64,000 bases of DNA. Source: Botryllus schlosseri (Eukaryota). Where the stretch lies: assembly GCA_051294905.1 (NCBI GenBank), contig CM119372.1, positions 3,782,001 to 3,846,000 on the forward strand, in the 5' to 3' direction. How positions within the stretch are numbered: position 1 is the stretch's first letter; each line of letters begins with the position of its first letter. Below the pieces are notes generated by a model. The model saw only the letters and a program-made list of their open reading frames with translations. It was not told the DNA's origin and ran no database searches. Below, one piece after another: positions 49,690-61,526 of the stretch. The position numbers and the translations under genes were made by a program.

Positions 49690-50709
49690 GTCAACGTAAA
49701 CTTTCGTATGTGACGATTGATCCCAACAATTGCGATTGGATAATGTAGCATATTATATAAATAAATAATTGACTAGTAATAGCTGAGGAAAACACAGGAA
49801 AACTGCATAATTCGAGGAGCATTTTCAACCAGCTTACTACACATAAACTCGTGAACTAAGCAAACAAACCGCATATCAAAATAGGTCATCTCGGCTGCGA
49901 TACCAAATATCTACGGCGGCCGTACAAACCAAAAGAATAGGGAACTGTAGGCAATTGTTAGATAATAGAAAATCGAAATTGTATGGATATTACATCAATT
50001 TAGCATAATTCATCAAACATTTAGGGCTGAGCAAATTCAAATATTAGACTTTGAGTCAAGTAGAGTCAACACTAATCAAGGCGTTACAATAGTATGAATG
50101 ATGTAGATAGTTTCAATTGTACCTGCTCTGTGACCAAAAACGATAAAGGAAAATGAAGAAAATTTTCTTCGTGACATTATAGATTATTACCGAACAATTT
50201 CATTGCACTCTGTGACAACGGTATGGGTTGATTACGACATCACGAATATGTCTGTTTTGCTAACATGCGTAGTTCTTTACTACATATTCCCTATGTTGCG
50301 ACACTACCACTCGGGGTTACATTATTCAAAATAAGATCGAAGCTATAATTCTCGTGAACATATTTTGGTGTGTTTTAGAGCATAATTTCAATGCTTTAAA
50401 ATATCATCTCTCACTGATAGAGTTCGGATTATTATGCCAAGCCCTACAAAGAAACCATCCGCCTCTCGTCTCTTGAATTCGAATTTATCGAAAAAGACAA
50501 GAATGCTGCTACAAAACGGACATTAACATTTTGATCAATTTTTACACCTCCAAAAATGTATATTTGAACGTAGCATCATAACACAGGGTATTTTTTCAAG
50601 GTGCAGAATTATTTTAAGCCACATTTTACTGTCAACACGATATCCATGAATCTTGATGCGTCATATTATCAAACACAACATCACGAAAAGTGCATGAGAC
50701 CATAAGATA

Positions 50710-53700
50710 TCATGAGAAGGTGTTGATCAATATAATAATATACAAAAATGTAAATCCCACAATGCTGACAACGGACTGGATGGAAAATAAGCTGGTATGA
50801 AACAGGCAAAGGTACCAAATTCCGGCCAGAATTAAACCTGGAAAAGGAAGAAATGGAATTGTGAATTTGAAAAATATAGAATTCAAAGCCACTGACCTAA
50901 TACCGGGAGAAACAGCGACCCTATATGAAGTTCTTCCGCCATCATTTGCAACTGTTGCGAGGCACTTCCTGCCACATTTTCTTGCACATTCACAACGGGG
51001 GATAAAAAGCAGTGAACCACAGGAACTGCATCGCTATCACCATCCTGTTCAATGGAAAAGGTATGCATGAGAAGAGCATCACCTGGAATTTACGGTAGTG
51101 ATTACCAAGGCGATTTTTTTTTTGGACAAAATTGTAGCGTTAGGTGAAATTGCTTACATGATCAAAACGTTTTTGCAACCTGCATTTTGTTTGTAACGCA
51201 GATGTTTGCACTGTCGCGAAACTTATCATTTGACAATTTACATCTTGTAGCCTACTTTATAGTTTATAGGCCTACTGTTTTAGACGACCCATTGTCTGCA
51301 CATTGTGAATCATAAACGGTAAAATGAAACAAATGGCTGACATGGTGTTATGCTCAATGACAACGTCCCGCAATATCCTGAGGCAAGAGTGCGGGTGCGG
51401 GGGGATTGGTTCTTATATCAAGAAGCGCATGATGAAAAATTGTTATGTATGTAGACAATATTGTCAGAATGAAGAAACGCGGTGTGTCACCAACAGTGTA
51501 CACACAACTTCAGCGTTGCCAGCCAGCAACTGCTGCTGTTGAAAGTTCTTTCTCCATTTTTGGCAAGCCACTTAGTAAGTATCCTTCGTTGTGCTACAAC
51601 AAATTTAATTATTTCTACCATAATGCGTGATGTAACTACTGGAATTCTTCATAGGTCCAGATTTCGTTATAATGAATATTTTAATGTAAAAATATGTCAG
51701 TTTTCAAGTCAAAGTTTTTTCTAGACGAACTACTTCGCAAGGACTGACAGTTCCAGTCAGAAATGAAGATAAGTACAATTCTCTGACATTATGTGTGAAA
51801 ACACCCAATTTACATACAAGAGGTCAAAATTTTGTCAAAATCAAGTTGAAGATAAAAAAATACCAAAATTCTGATTTCTTAGGTCAAAATCTTCTGTTTT
51901 TCAGGTTAAAAAACCCACCCTATTGATAAGGAATCGATACCCCAACTCCACTTTCCTAACCAACTTTGAAACAACAAACATACAACAATGCTACACAGTT
52001 ACACGAGTTAAATATTGTCAGTAGTCGACATGATTCATTTTAGCGACTCTTCTTGGACAAGTTATCATGCCAGAATAAACACTGCTTTACAACAATTTGA
52101 CTTGTGAATCTAGCTGCCGTAATGCACTTCAAAAACGTGGGATGTCACTCTTTAGTATCTTTTCCACTGTCTGGCTATCTGTCACAAGCAGTGGTTCTTT
52201 TTTCACGTTTTTTTCACATTTCACCTTCTTGCGCAAAAAATCTTAGCCGATGTGCGTATAGCTTCTAGATTTACCCTCCAACATGAATAATGGTGCTCTA
52301 AATGCGACAAAGAAAATGACTGGCTGCCAAAATTCTTTTCTGAATTTCACCACATCATATTCACAGCGCAGTGCCCGTTTAATATGTACCGCACCTGATT
52401 TATTACAAGATTAAGTTGCCGCAAAGTTCTAGTGCCGTCTCTCAGAACTTGACCCCGGTATATCAATCTGTACCGACTTTGAGTTTCGACTGGCAGACAG
52501 CGGCTACAACAAAAGACAATATTACAATTTTGTTGAATATTCCTACATGTATTGTGGTCTTACTTTCTGAACGATTCCAATGTTTCGTCAGGGTTTGCTT
52601 CCACAGTGGTAGATGATTCATCCATATATTTCAAACGGATTTTTATAGTGGCCGAGTCAGGTTCATCAACTTGAGACGGTGTGACTGAAGAACTTGCTTG
52701 TGTGTGTCTCTGCCTCAAAGTGTCCCCACCGGACTGTTCTTCACGAACGCTAGACGTGGATTCAGTTTCATTCCGTGAATTAAGATCCTCCGGTGTTGCT
52801 GGAAAAGCGCAAAATCAACAAATAATCCTACAATGATAATAATATGAGAGCTGGGTTATTGCAGAATTTGTTACCTTCTGTAGAATCCACATTTGACGAA
52901 GGGACTTCAGCAGTATCAGGAACGGTCGAAGGGTCTGCGTGTTGCCTCGTCCTGATATACACAAGACGATCAGACCACTCTTGGAGGCGAAGAACTTCGT
53001 TATACAATTGGAAATATATTCGTTTGAAACAAACCGCAATTTATTGGCTAACACTCGTCAGGGGTGATCGTCTGAGACTAGTTGAGAATTGGGAAGAAGA
53101 TGGTATATCAACATTTCAACAATCATATCAACAGACATTAGGGCTCTTCAAAAATGACTTTTTTTCTCAAATCGTACTGGCTACTTGATAAAATTGTTAG
53201 GTTACCTAATTTAAGCCTACACACAAAATTTGGTTCAATCCCAGCCAGTAACCGCTTTGCTACAGGAGAAGGTTTCTAGTTATTATATAAAAATAAATAA
53301 TAAAAAATTTGAAAATTTTCTGTTTGGCATGAAAGTGTTAGGCTGTCTATAGAAACGATGCTCACCAAATTTGGTTCAATTCCAACCAGTGGAAGCGGAA
53401 TTATTGCCGTGCAAGAATTTTGATTTGAATAAAATAGTATTTACGGTGACCGATTCTTTGTTTATTTATTATAGTTGTGCTCACCGTAAATACTAATTTA
53501 TTCAAATCAAAATTTTTCGACTGCAATAACTCAGCTTCCACTGGTTGGAATTGAACCAAATTTGGCGAGGATCATTTCTACAGACAGCCTAACACTTCAA
53601 TGGGGTGAACAGAAAATTTTCAAAATTTTTATTATTTATTTTTATATAATAAATAGAAACTTTCTTCTCCTGTAGCAAAGTGGTTACTGGCTGGAATTGA

Positions 53701-54112
53701 ACCAAATTTTGTGTGTAGGCTTAAATAAGGTAACCTAACAATTTTTTCAAGTAGCCAGTACGATTTGAGAAAAAAAGCCATTTTTGAAGAGCCCTAATAG
53801 ACATATTAGGTGATAAGATTGTCAAGATCCAATGTTTTTTCCAATTATATATCCATTTCTGATGTTTACCATGACTGGATTCAGCTGAAAATATTTGAGC
53901 TTGTTTCAACATGGATATATCATTCAATTGTATAAAAATGTGCACTGTAAAGTGTGCAATCATACATACCTATTAGTTTCGTTGGTGGCATAATTCACAT
54001 CATTGACACGCGTTGACAGCCATGATGCAACTACTATGACAATCGCGATCAAAATACCAAATGTCAGTGTAACTTCATCTCCCACACCATCGATGAAATA
54101 AGATTCAGTCAT
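50710..54112 (-). CDS. tmub: Transmembrane and ubiquitin-like domain-containing protein (TMUB1/2-like), ~279 aa
   Basis: Exons 54112-53970, 52951-52875, 52798-52564, 52503-52395, 51044-50897 and 50837-50710; phases consistent. N-terminal IDGVGDEV plus TM, UBL domain (IRLKYMDE..ANPDETL..YRLIYRGQVLRD..TLRQLNL..VVHC), C-terminal IGSLFLP plus two TM segments. Confidence 0.88.
51445..51630 (+). pseudogene. Decayed hAT transposase C-terminal fragment in TMUB intron 4
   Basis: LQRCQPATAAVESSFS resembles the hAT dimerisation motif (PxTSAxVERSFS). Confidence 0.45.
52975..53130 (-). mobile_element. Degenerate solo Penelope pseudo-LTR unit in TMUB intron 1
   Basis: GGAGGCGAAGAACTTC.TTATACAATTG ... ACACTCGTCAGGGGTGATCGTC ... 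GGTATATCAACA; GAAA box lost. Confidence 0.5.
53139..53796. mobile_element. Foldback MITE (658 bp, arms ~310 bp) in TMUB intron 1
   Basis: TAGGGCTCTTCAAAAATG.. / ..CATTTTTGAAGAGCCCTA; the arms stay complementary almost to the centre (~53450-53480). TSD ACAGACAT/ATAGACAT (7/8). Confidence 0.85.
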
Positions 54113-54915
54113 TTTCGGAATATAAATAATATGTCTACATGAACTTATCGAGATCGACCTGTTAAACTGAGAAAAAAAAGGACATTGCATTACAATTACC
54201 CTCTATAAGTTATCATTTTATTGAATTTTTTTATCAAATCAATACACCACATGATTGTGATACAATGAAAACAGAGGTGGGTGCCGAAACGACTTGGGAG
54301 TAGTCTTTTCAATTTCAATCAGACCTTGGTTGGCCTGCAGTTTTATAGAACCACTGCCTAGTCCAGTGGTTGAGAACCCCTGAGAGGGATTATCTCGAGT
54401 TAAGAGTCAGGCGCCAGTCGACTTAACAAATAGATTGGACTAACATCACATTTCATTCACGAATACCAAGCAAGTGGAAGTGGGTCATCAATTGTGAGCG
54501 TGAGCGGATGGAAATGATAGTGCCACACTGATCATATTACATTTTTGTACTTAGGCTATACAGAATCACATACCATCTCATCCCATCCGGAATCCTGTTT
54601 TCGCTTCTAAAGTCTACTGATTCGGATTTTGAGAAATCACGCGAGAGATGACCTGAAATCTACAAACATTAGCAAAACATACGGGATACTACGTTTTCTC
54701 TAGTTCGCCAACGGCAATTCGATTGGCTTCAGTGGTGTACCATGATTTCAATTATATGGTAAGCCCCGAAGAACATAGACCCTTGATTTCTGGTACGTCG
54801 GTGCACACTGGCTACAGCTACAAGGAGGTTAGTAATCTATGGCTTTGCAACTATAGATAACTATAACTAACCGCCGTAGGTGGTAGGTTAGTTATCTATA
54901 TTGCAACGCGACTGA

Positions 54916-54933
54916 ATCGGGGAATTCCCCGAT
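54916..54933. promoter_or_regulatory. Perfect 18-bp palindrome containing a Rel/NF-kB consensus site
   Basis: ATCGGGGAATTCCCCGAT, about 0.8 kb upstream of the TMUB ATG; function not demonstrated. Confidence 0.3.
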
Positions 54934-55045
54934 CATGTTACGTTTGCGTTCTCTTTTCTCTATCGTGGCAGTTGCGTGCCAGAGGCGAGATGGATTTGGA
55001 TTCAAATTCAGTTCGTTTCAATTTATTATTAACAAACTTCATTTC

Positions 55046-55260
55046 AATACATCACAAGACTGCGATACAATGGAAAGATAGGAAAGTGTCGAAACTACTT
55101 GGAGTAGTCTTTGAAATCAGACACCCACCTGGCCTAGACGATGTCAAAAGTATGAGGCACGCACACTGAATGGAAAAAGTAGAAGATAATATAATGGACA
55201 AGCGACAAAAAAGGGGTGGCACATGTGGGAATGCGTCATCGCTATGTCAGGTCGTGGTCT
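55046..55260. repeat. Interspersed repeat family X copy
   Basis: Colinear with 31443-31668 (CTTGGAGTAGTCTTTGAAATCAGAC.CCCACCTGGCCTAG). Confidence 0.6.
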
Positions 55261-56303
55261 ACATGGCTGAATCGCTTCCCGCCATGACCAGGAGTCAATC
55301 CACTATCTACATTTCTGAAACGATCCATTCAAGTCAAGTTAACAAGTTATGTGAAAAGATTGACTCGACTCAGTCTCCAGCTAGGACATAGCTGTATGTA
55401 TATTGTATATGCACAATGTCGGCATTGATATGGATTCGAAAATAGCTACAGCAGAGAATTCCAATCATCATAACCGATCGGCAAACGATGGACGAACTTT
55501 TGATTGCGAAGTGGATGTGCTCTTCAACCATTTTCGGAATGGTTTACTCGAAACTGGTAAGATCCGTTATAATACTAATCGGAATGGACAAGGCTTCAAT
55601 GTATTGGAAACACCGAATGCTATTTAGCGCTATAGATTGCCCGTCTAACATTGACCTTGCCTACCGATAGGCCTACTACGCCCTACAATGCTACTTCATT
55701 TTCATCGCTCGAACTTAAACGTTAACTTCTGTTACTGAACTCCTCTCTACCAATTCAAAGTTTTATATATTCTTATCGCTTGTAGAGTTGCTGGACGCAT
55801 CGTCCCTGTCATTCTAAAATCTAAATGATTTATTCTCGCCACCTGTAGCGTTGCCCAACGCCTCAAAGGCTTACAGTGATTCATTATCGTCGCTTAAAGC
55901 TGGTGAACGCCTCCCGACTATTTGGGGTGATTTATGGAAGGTATTTTGGATCGGAGAAGGAATCAGTTGGCAATTCGACTGGCCTTTATTTGTATTTCGT
56001 TTTTCCAATCAATCTAATTGTAGCTTTTAGTCGATTTGATTGTTTGATTACTGTTTTACTTGTCTCCTTGCTTGCATTAGCATCTTTGTTTTTCTAATAA
56101 CGAAATCCAATGTCTATATAATTCTTCGATTCGGATTGTTTAGTTGGATTAACCAGAATACAGAAACGATACGCATCGTTTGCCTTGTCCAAAGCAAATT
56201 TTAACTGAGCAGACAGGATTCGACGCCTGGAAAATCGGCACTCATTGACACTGAAGTGTTGCGTCGGTGAATGAGAACATCATGTTGGCTAGGCTATTCT
56301 AGC

Positions 56304-57633
56304 CAGTGCCGTACCAGCACTTCGTCCCCCCAAAAAATGTTGGTCTTGGCCCCCCCATAGGATGTTAAACCGAACTTTGCTTTGCCCCCCAGACCTACCT
56401 CAGGCTCTACGCTGTTTTCGCAACTTATCATCTACATTCGGTGTTCGTTTAGTGAGTCAGCTTTCTCACCTAAACGCGCGAAGCGTGAGAAATTTCTATA
56501 ATTCATGATTGAATAGGTCAATGTAACCGGGTATTGCATATATTGCTATCAATTTTTATACTCTCTCTGCTCTCGTAATCTGATTGACCGGTAGAGCTGA
56601 TTGAGGTGTGTTTGAAAAGGTAAGACCCCTCAATAATAATTAAACGTCTTCGAGTGTATAGTGTATACCCGTTGGCAGGAACGAAACAGCATTTCGTCAA
56701 GCCCCCCAAAAAAGCGTTGAGTCTTGGGCTCCCATAGGGTGATAAACCGACCCCCCATCACGTTATTCGCTTTTGCCACGAAATTATAGCTGGACCGTTC
56801 AGCGAGCCTGCGCGAAGCGCGAAATTTTCGATAATTCATGCTAAAATCGGTCAATAAGATCAGTATAATTGCATATATATTGCTATCAATTTCTTGTCCT
56901 CTCTGCTCACGTAATCAGATTTACCGGTAGAACTGAGTGAGGTGTCTTGGAAACTGTATGGCCCGTAAATAATAATTAAACATTTTCGGGCGGGCATACC
57001 TCTTGGTATGATTTCGTTACATGGTGTTATGTCGTGACCTCTTGTCTGCTATATCAAAAAATATAGAATCCCCCAAACGTACTAAATTAAAAGATCACAC
57101 GGTTTCAAACTCGTATTTCGTCACTGGCATATAATTTTTCCCTGTGGGATGGTGTTTGTCTAGTGAGGTTCATATTGCCAAGACAGGAACATTCGGCGCC
57201 AGTCATTTAGGCGTCTATGGACAATTAAACCTATATGTGTTTTGTATATATAACGAAGTTTTTGATCATCATGAGGGCAGTCCTTTTCGGCCAAGGTTTT
57301 CTCGCTGCCGATCGTTCTGGCACACTTCTTGGAGTCGCATCCTACATGGCCTACAACTTTTTATGTCTTGGTGCGTCGTGGCGCGGTAATGGCCAACGCC
57401 GATATGCCCATTTCTATAAATCTTGCGTATTTTTTCTTGGGGGGAAGAGTACCCAATAATCTAGATATTTGGCAACTGCAAATCGCGCTCAGCGCGAAAA
57501 AAAATTGAAAAAGTTGCATAAATTTTCAAAAAATACTCTGTAATTTATGCTAGTTCACGAAATAATTTTGGGCCCCCTTCGAGCTCACCCCCCCCCCAAT
57601 TGGGGGGTTTGGGGTGCGGCAGTTACGGTCCTG
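56304..57633. mobile_element. Non-autonomous hAT element, 1330 bp, inverted relative to 32082-33356
   Basis: Reverse-complement colinearity with 32082-33356; perfect TSD ATTCTAGC (56296-56303, 57634-57641). Confidence 0.85.
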
Positions 57634-57978
57634 ATTCTAGCTATCGCCACTATGATATGTTAAATGCTCTGCAACCACATAGGTTAGAGTTTCCATATGT
57701 CCTCCGTTCGGAGGATTTGACATCCTTTTTTGGGAAATCGGAAACGTCCTCCGAGGACGCGTAAATTTTCTCATTTGTGGGAAATTCGTCTTTCTTTATA
57801 GATTCGACAGCTAGGCTAATGGGCAGGCACAACTAAAAACCGCCACAAATGACGCGCACAACCCGTAAAAAATTTAGAATCAGAAGTAATATGGTAGTCC
57901 TGTAATTTAACTTTTGAGATTTTTAAGAATTGTCCTGCTTTCCGGATCCTAACAGCGGAGCGATCAGAAGCCATAAAC

Positions 57979-58170
57979 TCTGCCATTGGCAAACATCTGT
58001 TGGATAATCCCGCTTGTGCAAAAAATTATCGAGACGACAGATTTCGCGTCATCCGAAGGGGCCGCTCACACTTTCATCTGTGTGCCTTGGAGTCAACCTT
58101 TATCAAGCTGCATCAGCCCAAGCTTTGTCTACAGAAGGAGTTCGTGCACCATCTTAAATTAGTACATTGA
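57979..58170 (+). pseudogene. Penelope-like GIY-YIG endonuclease C-terminal remnant
   Basis: Start-less open frame (57898-58170) reads SAIGKHLLDNPACAKNYRDDRFRVIRRGRSHFHLCALESTFIKLHQPKLCLQKE, the typical SAI..HL...C...F.I.....L..LE..FI....P.L..QKE end of Penelope-like proteins. Confidence 0.8.
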
Positions 58171-58276
58171 ACGCTCTCTTATTCGATATCTCATTCCAAG
58201 CTGGTGACGTCATATTTTGTGATACGATTGTTGATATACAATGTTCTTTCCAATTCTCTACTAGTTGCTGACGATT

Positions 58277-58310
58277 ACCCCTGACGAATGTCACCCGAAA
58301 ATATTCGGGT
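58277..58310 (+). ncRNA. Minimal type I hammerhead ribozyme (10.1-11.1 pair mismatched)
   Basis: ACCC-CUGACGA-A(UGUCACC)C-GAA-AAUAUU-C-GGGU; core intact, but A replaces G10.1. Confidence 0.6.
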
Positions 58311-58506
58311 TCATTTCAATATGAATATACTTTTCAATTGTATATTGGAATTCTGTGCCTCCAGAAGCTCTTTAAACCTAACAAATGTCTACTTATCGGT
58401 TTGTATAGAAACATTTATTGTCTTTAGACAAAATTGCAATTGATGTATAGAATTATATGCCAAGCATAGATTTCACTAAAATACGTCGCCATCCATTTCT
58501 CTTTCG

Positions 58507-61500
58507 CTAGCGTTCTCTGAAACCGATGACATCTCGTTGAATCGTATCCGCATAGTCCGATTTTTCACGATCATGATTGAGTAAGCGCGGAAATAACACC
58601 TTCATATGCTCCGTTTCATCGGTTTGGTCTGGACTGGAGGGATCGGAATTATTCGCATCCAGTAGCTTCTCAATCTTTCGTAGTCGTAGCTTCAATTCTA
58701 GACCGATAAATAAATATATAAACTGTTGGAGGTTGGGACAGTCATGGGATTGTATAATTTTTCACTTTAACGCTATCATATAAAGACTTCTGCAATATCC
58801 GGCTTCGACAGATATGGTTGTGTAATGTGTATTTACTCTCGAAGAAGAAAGTGGGATAATGACCATGTTTTTCGAAATGATGCCACTATTTGTTGATATC
58901 ACAGTTAATCAGGATTAATCAGGCACTGCGGTGGTACTTGAATATGTTCAATTGTTCGTGCATTTGCAGTCGCAGATAAAGAAGTGAGCTCGTGGCATTT
59001 TGAGATGGTACCACTAACTCACAATATCAACTATCTGCGTTTCAGGCGACACGCATGCATCAATTCAATAGCAGGCACATTTATGATAATTTATGGATTC
59101 CGAGGATTCGACTCATTTGATTCTATACCGGACATTTACCGCATTTTAAGGCAAGCTATGTACGTGTCCAATTTTGAATAAAAATTTGTTCAAGATTGGT
59201 CATTCATAAAGACCAGTGGACAAACATATAGATGCCTGCTATGATAATAATATTATACATAGGCCTACTGTATATATAACATGTGAGCAAATTAAGGCTC
59301 TCCAATACCTGCCTCCCCTGACCGATCGTTCTTGTGCTATAGCTATAAGCTAGTTTCAGAGAGTATCCGAGTTCGCCTATCTCATTTATTAGCACTTACT
59401 TTCTGCAGACTAGGTCATAGTGGGTACGTTACTAGCGGTACATGCGAAAATTCCTCGCTAAACTTTGCTTTGAAGATAGGCGTGAGTGATTTTGGAAAAG
59501 TACTTTCCTTTCGAAAAGAGTTTAACACATTTTTATTGCTACTTTGCAGTTTGCACATACACCAGGGGTCACCGACACGCGGTCCGAGGTCATGTTTTGC
59601 GGCCGGCGAACTGATTTGAGATATCGGAGCAACTCTTGGTATAACATTTTTAAATGCTCAAATTGATTTCCGTTTCAAAATATTGTTGGTGGTATTCAAA
59701 ATAAGCTATTATCCTGTGCCCAACACCACTATTTCTCACATGCTGATACGTCTTCGGCGATGGTATTATGAATACGAATGAATTGGAATGGACAATGGGC
59801 ATATTGCCATCAGGCCCAGACACGGCCAAGACCAAGACACTTAGAAAACGACTTAAGGCTTCCCCACAAGACCAAGCTTCAAGAAGAGTTAGTTTTCCTG
59901 CAAACGCCGTGTATAGCTAACCCCGATATCGATTCTTTAGTCGCTTAAAAGTGTTGTCGGATGCGCTGCTTGTAGTTCAAAATATATTGAAAGTGGAGAT
60001 CATGATATTCCTGTTGTATTTCTGAGAATATATTTTTTCTTGGTGGTAGCTAGGCCAGTCGCACATGTTAGAGAGCATGACATTTTACTGACGTAGAGTT
60101 TTAAAATCGTGATTGTTAAACCGTGTGGCCTATTTTATCGCGATATTGAATTCATGCGGTCCGCGGCCACTACGAAATTTGAAAAGTGGCCCGCGAGCCG
60201 CGACCCGTTTTGAGTTGGCGACCCCTGTGTTACACGTAAATTAGAATAAATATACATTTAATGACATGTGGCATTCTGGCGCCGTTCTTTGAAATGCTGA
60301 AACTTCATAACCTAATAAAGTTGATCCAGTGCAGGGGTGCCAAGAACTATTTATGCCATTGAGGGGTGTGGCAAGGTTAAGAACCATTGCTCACAACATT
60401 TGCTCGGCAACAGAAATATGTCATTTCACAGTCATACGCTTGAGCAAAGAGTACAGAGCACGAGCGTGCACCATGATATAGTTTGTGTGTCATAAATAAC
60501 GATCGATCATTCCTCGAGACATCTGCGTAGACGCAAATGCATGAGACATTGCATTGGGGATATTTAATGGACTGCTTTCTGCAGTGTAATTAATAATCAA
60601 ATGGTATCAAATGGATCTATATTAAGACATATTATTGATATTGGTATTGATGGTGTAAAAGACAGTGACGCTTATCGCCAGAAAGACCAGACGCTGACTT
60701 GAAAATGCGGGCGTAATGCGAAATTATGGACAATCAATTTTCTACGTAAGAACACAAACACTGAGACAACATGAGGACTAGCACAAATTTACATATATAT
60801 TTGCCACGCGACAGAACGAACTATGCCACTGGAGACAACATTTCGAGGGTAATGAGTAGAAGGTCGAGCGTAGCAGTAATATTGCGAGCTCGAGGGCCTT
60901 GTCGAATAAAAAGTTTCGGTGAAAGTCATGCCGGAAGCTCATATAATTCAGTTTACATTGCTAGCACCTCTTACCCTCAAATTCCTTCGGTATGTTGGCG
61001 CTTTCTTCAGTATCTCGTAATAACACTGCGAGGCAGTTTTCGATTGAAGTGTAGATTCGGCTGAAAACAGGTGGATTTAGTGGGCGAAATTGTGAATAAA
61101 CGCGATTCTTCAACTGGACGCTTACCAAGAATCAATGACTTTTTGAATCAGGACGGGAGTACCAGGTACTTTTCGGGCATCATATTTACCACTGGCATCG
61201 TTTGATGGCAATTTCGTTCCGACGCGATTTTGCAGGATTCTCGTTACCGTGATAGGTAACGTATCAATTGCTGAAGAGTCACGTTGATTTTGCCAGTTTT
61301 GTTTCTGTCCATTGAGTGGAAAATCGTAAGTCTGACTGCCGAAATCATCAGTTGACTTGATACTGAAGAACGATCGTTTTCCACCAGGTCTTAATGTAGC
61401 TGTCCAATGCTGTCTCTTTGCCTGTTTTATGTGGTTGGCCGGATGGTCCATCATTCCGTTCGTAGTGCTGATTATTATCAAAACAAACCATATCTTCGCG

Positions 61501-61526
61501 AAGACATTCACAGCTCGCTCGTCCAT
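58507..61526 (-). CDS. gnrh: Gonadotropin-releasing hormone precursor (225 aa); mature peptide pQHWTATLRPG-amide
   Basis: Exons 61526-61126, 61060-60975 and 58697-58507 (phases 2 and 1 fit, 678 nt). Hydrophobic signal peptide, KR-QHWTATLRPG-GKR at 61412-61374, GAP-like tail containing two Cys. Confidence 0.85.
59563..60227. mobile_element. hAT-type MITE in GnRH intron 2
   Basis: CAGGGGTCACCGAC / GTTGGCGACCCCTG termini; flanks match at only 5/8. Confidence 0.5.

Larger units (their letters stand above)
57979..58376 (+). mobile_element. 5'-truncated Penelope-like retroelement (GIY-YIG C-terminus, 3' UTR, hammerhead-bearing pseudo-LTR)
   Basis: Coding remnant followed 44 bp later by the ~165-bp unit that is dispersed across the window. 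Confidence 0.8.

Noticed and set aside
54690-56270. Chain of plus-strand splice signals (donors near 54759, 55557 and 55950) suggesting a gene divergent from TMUB
   Set aside because: Several reading frames are open in each segment and none is recognisable, so no unique model is supportable without RNA data.
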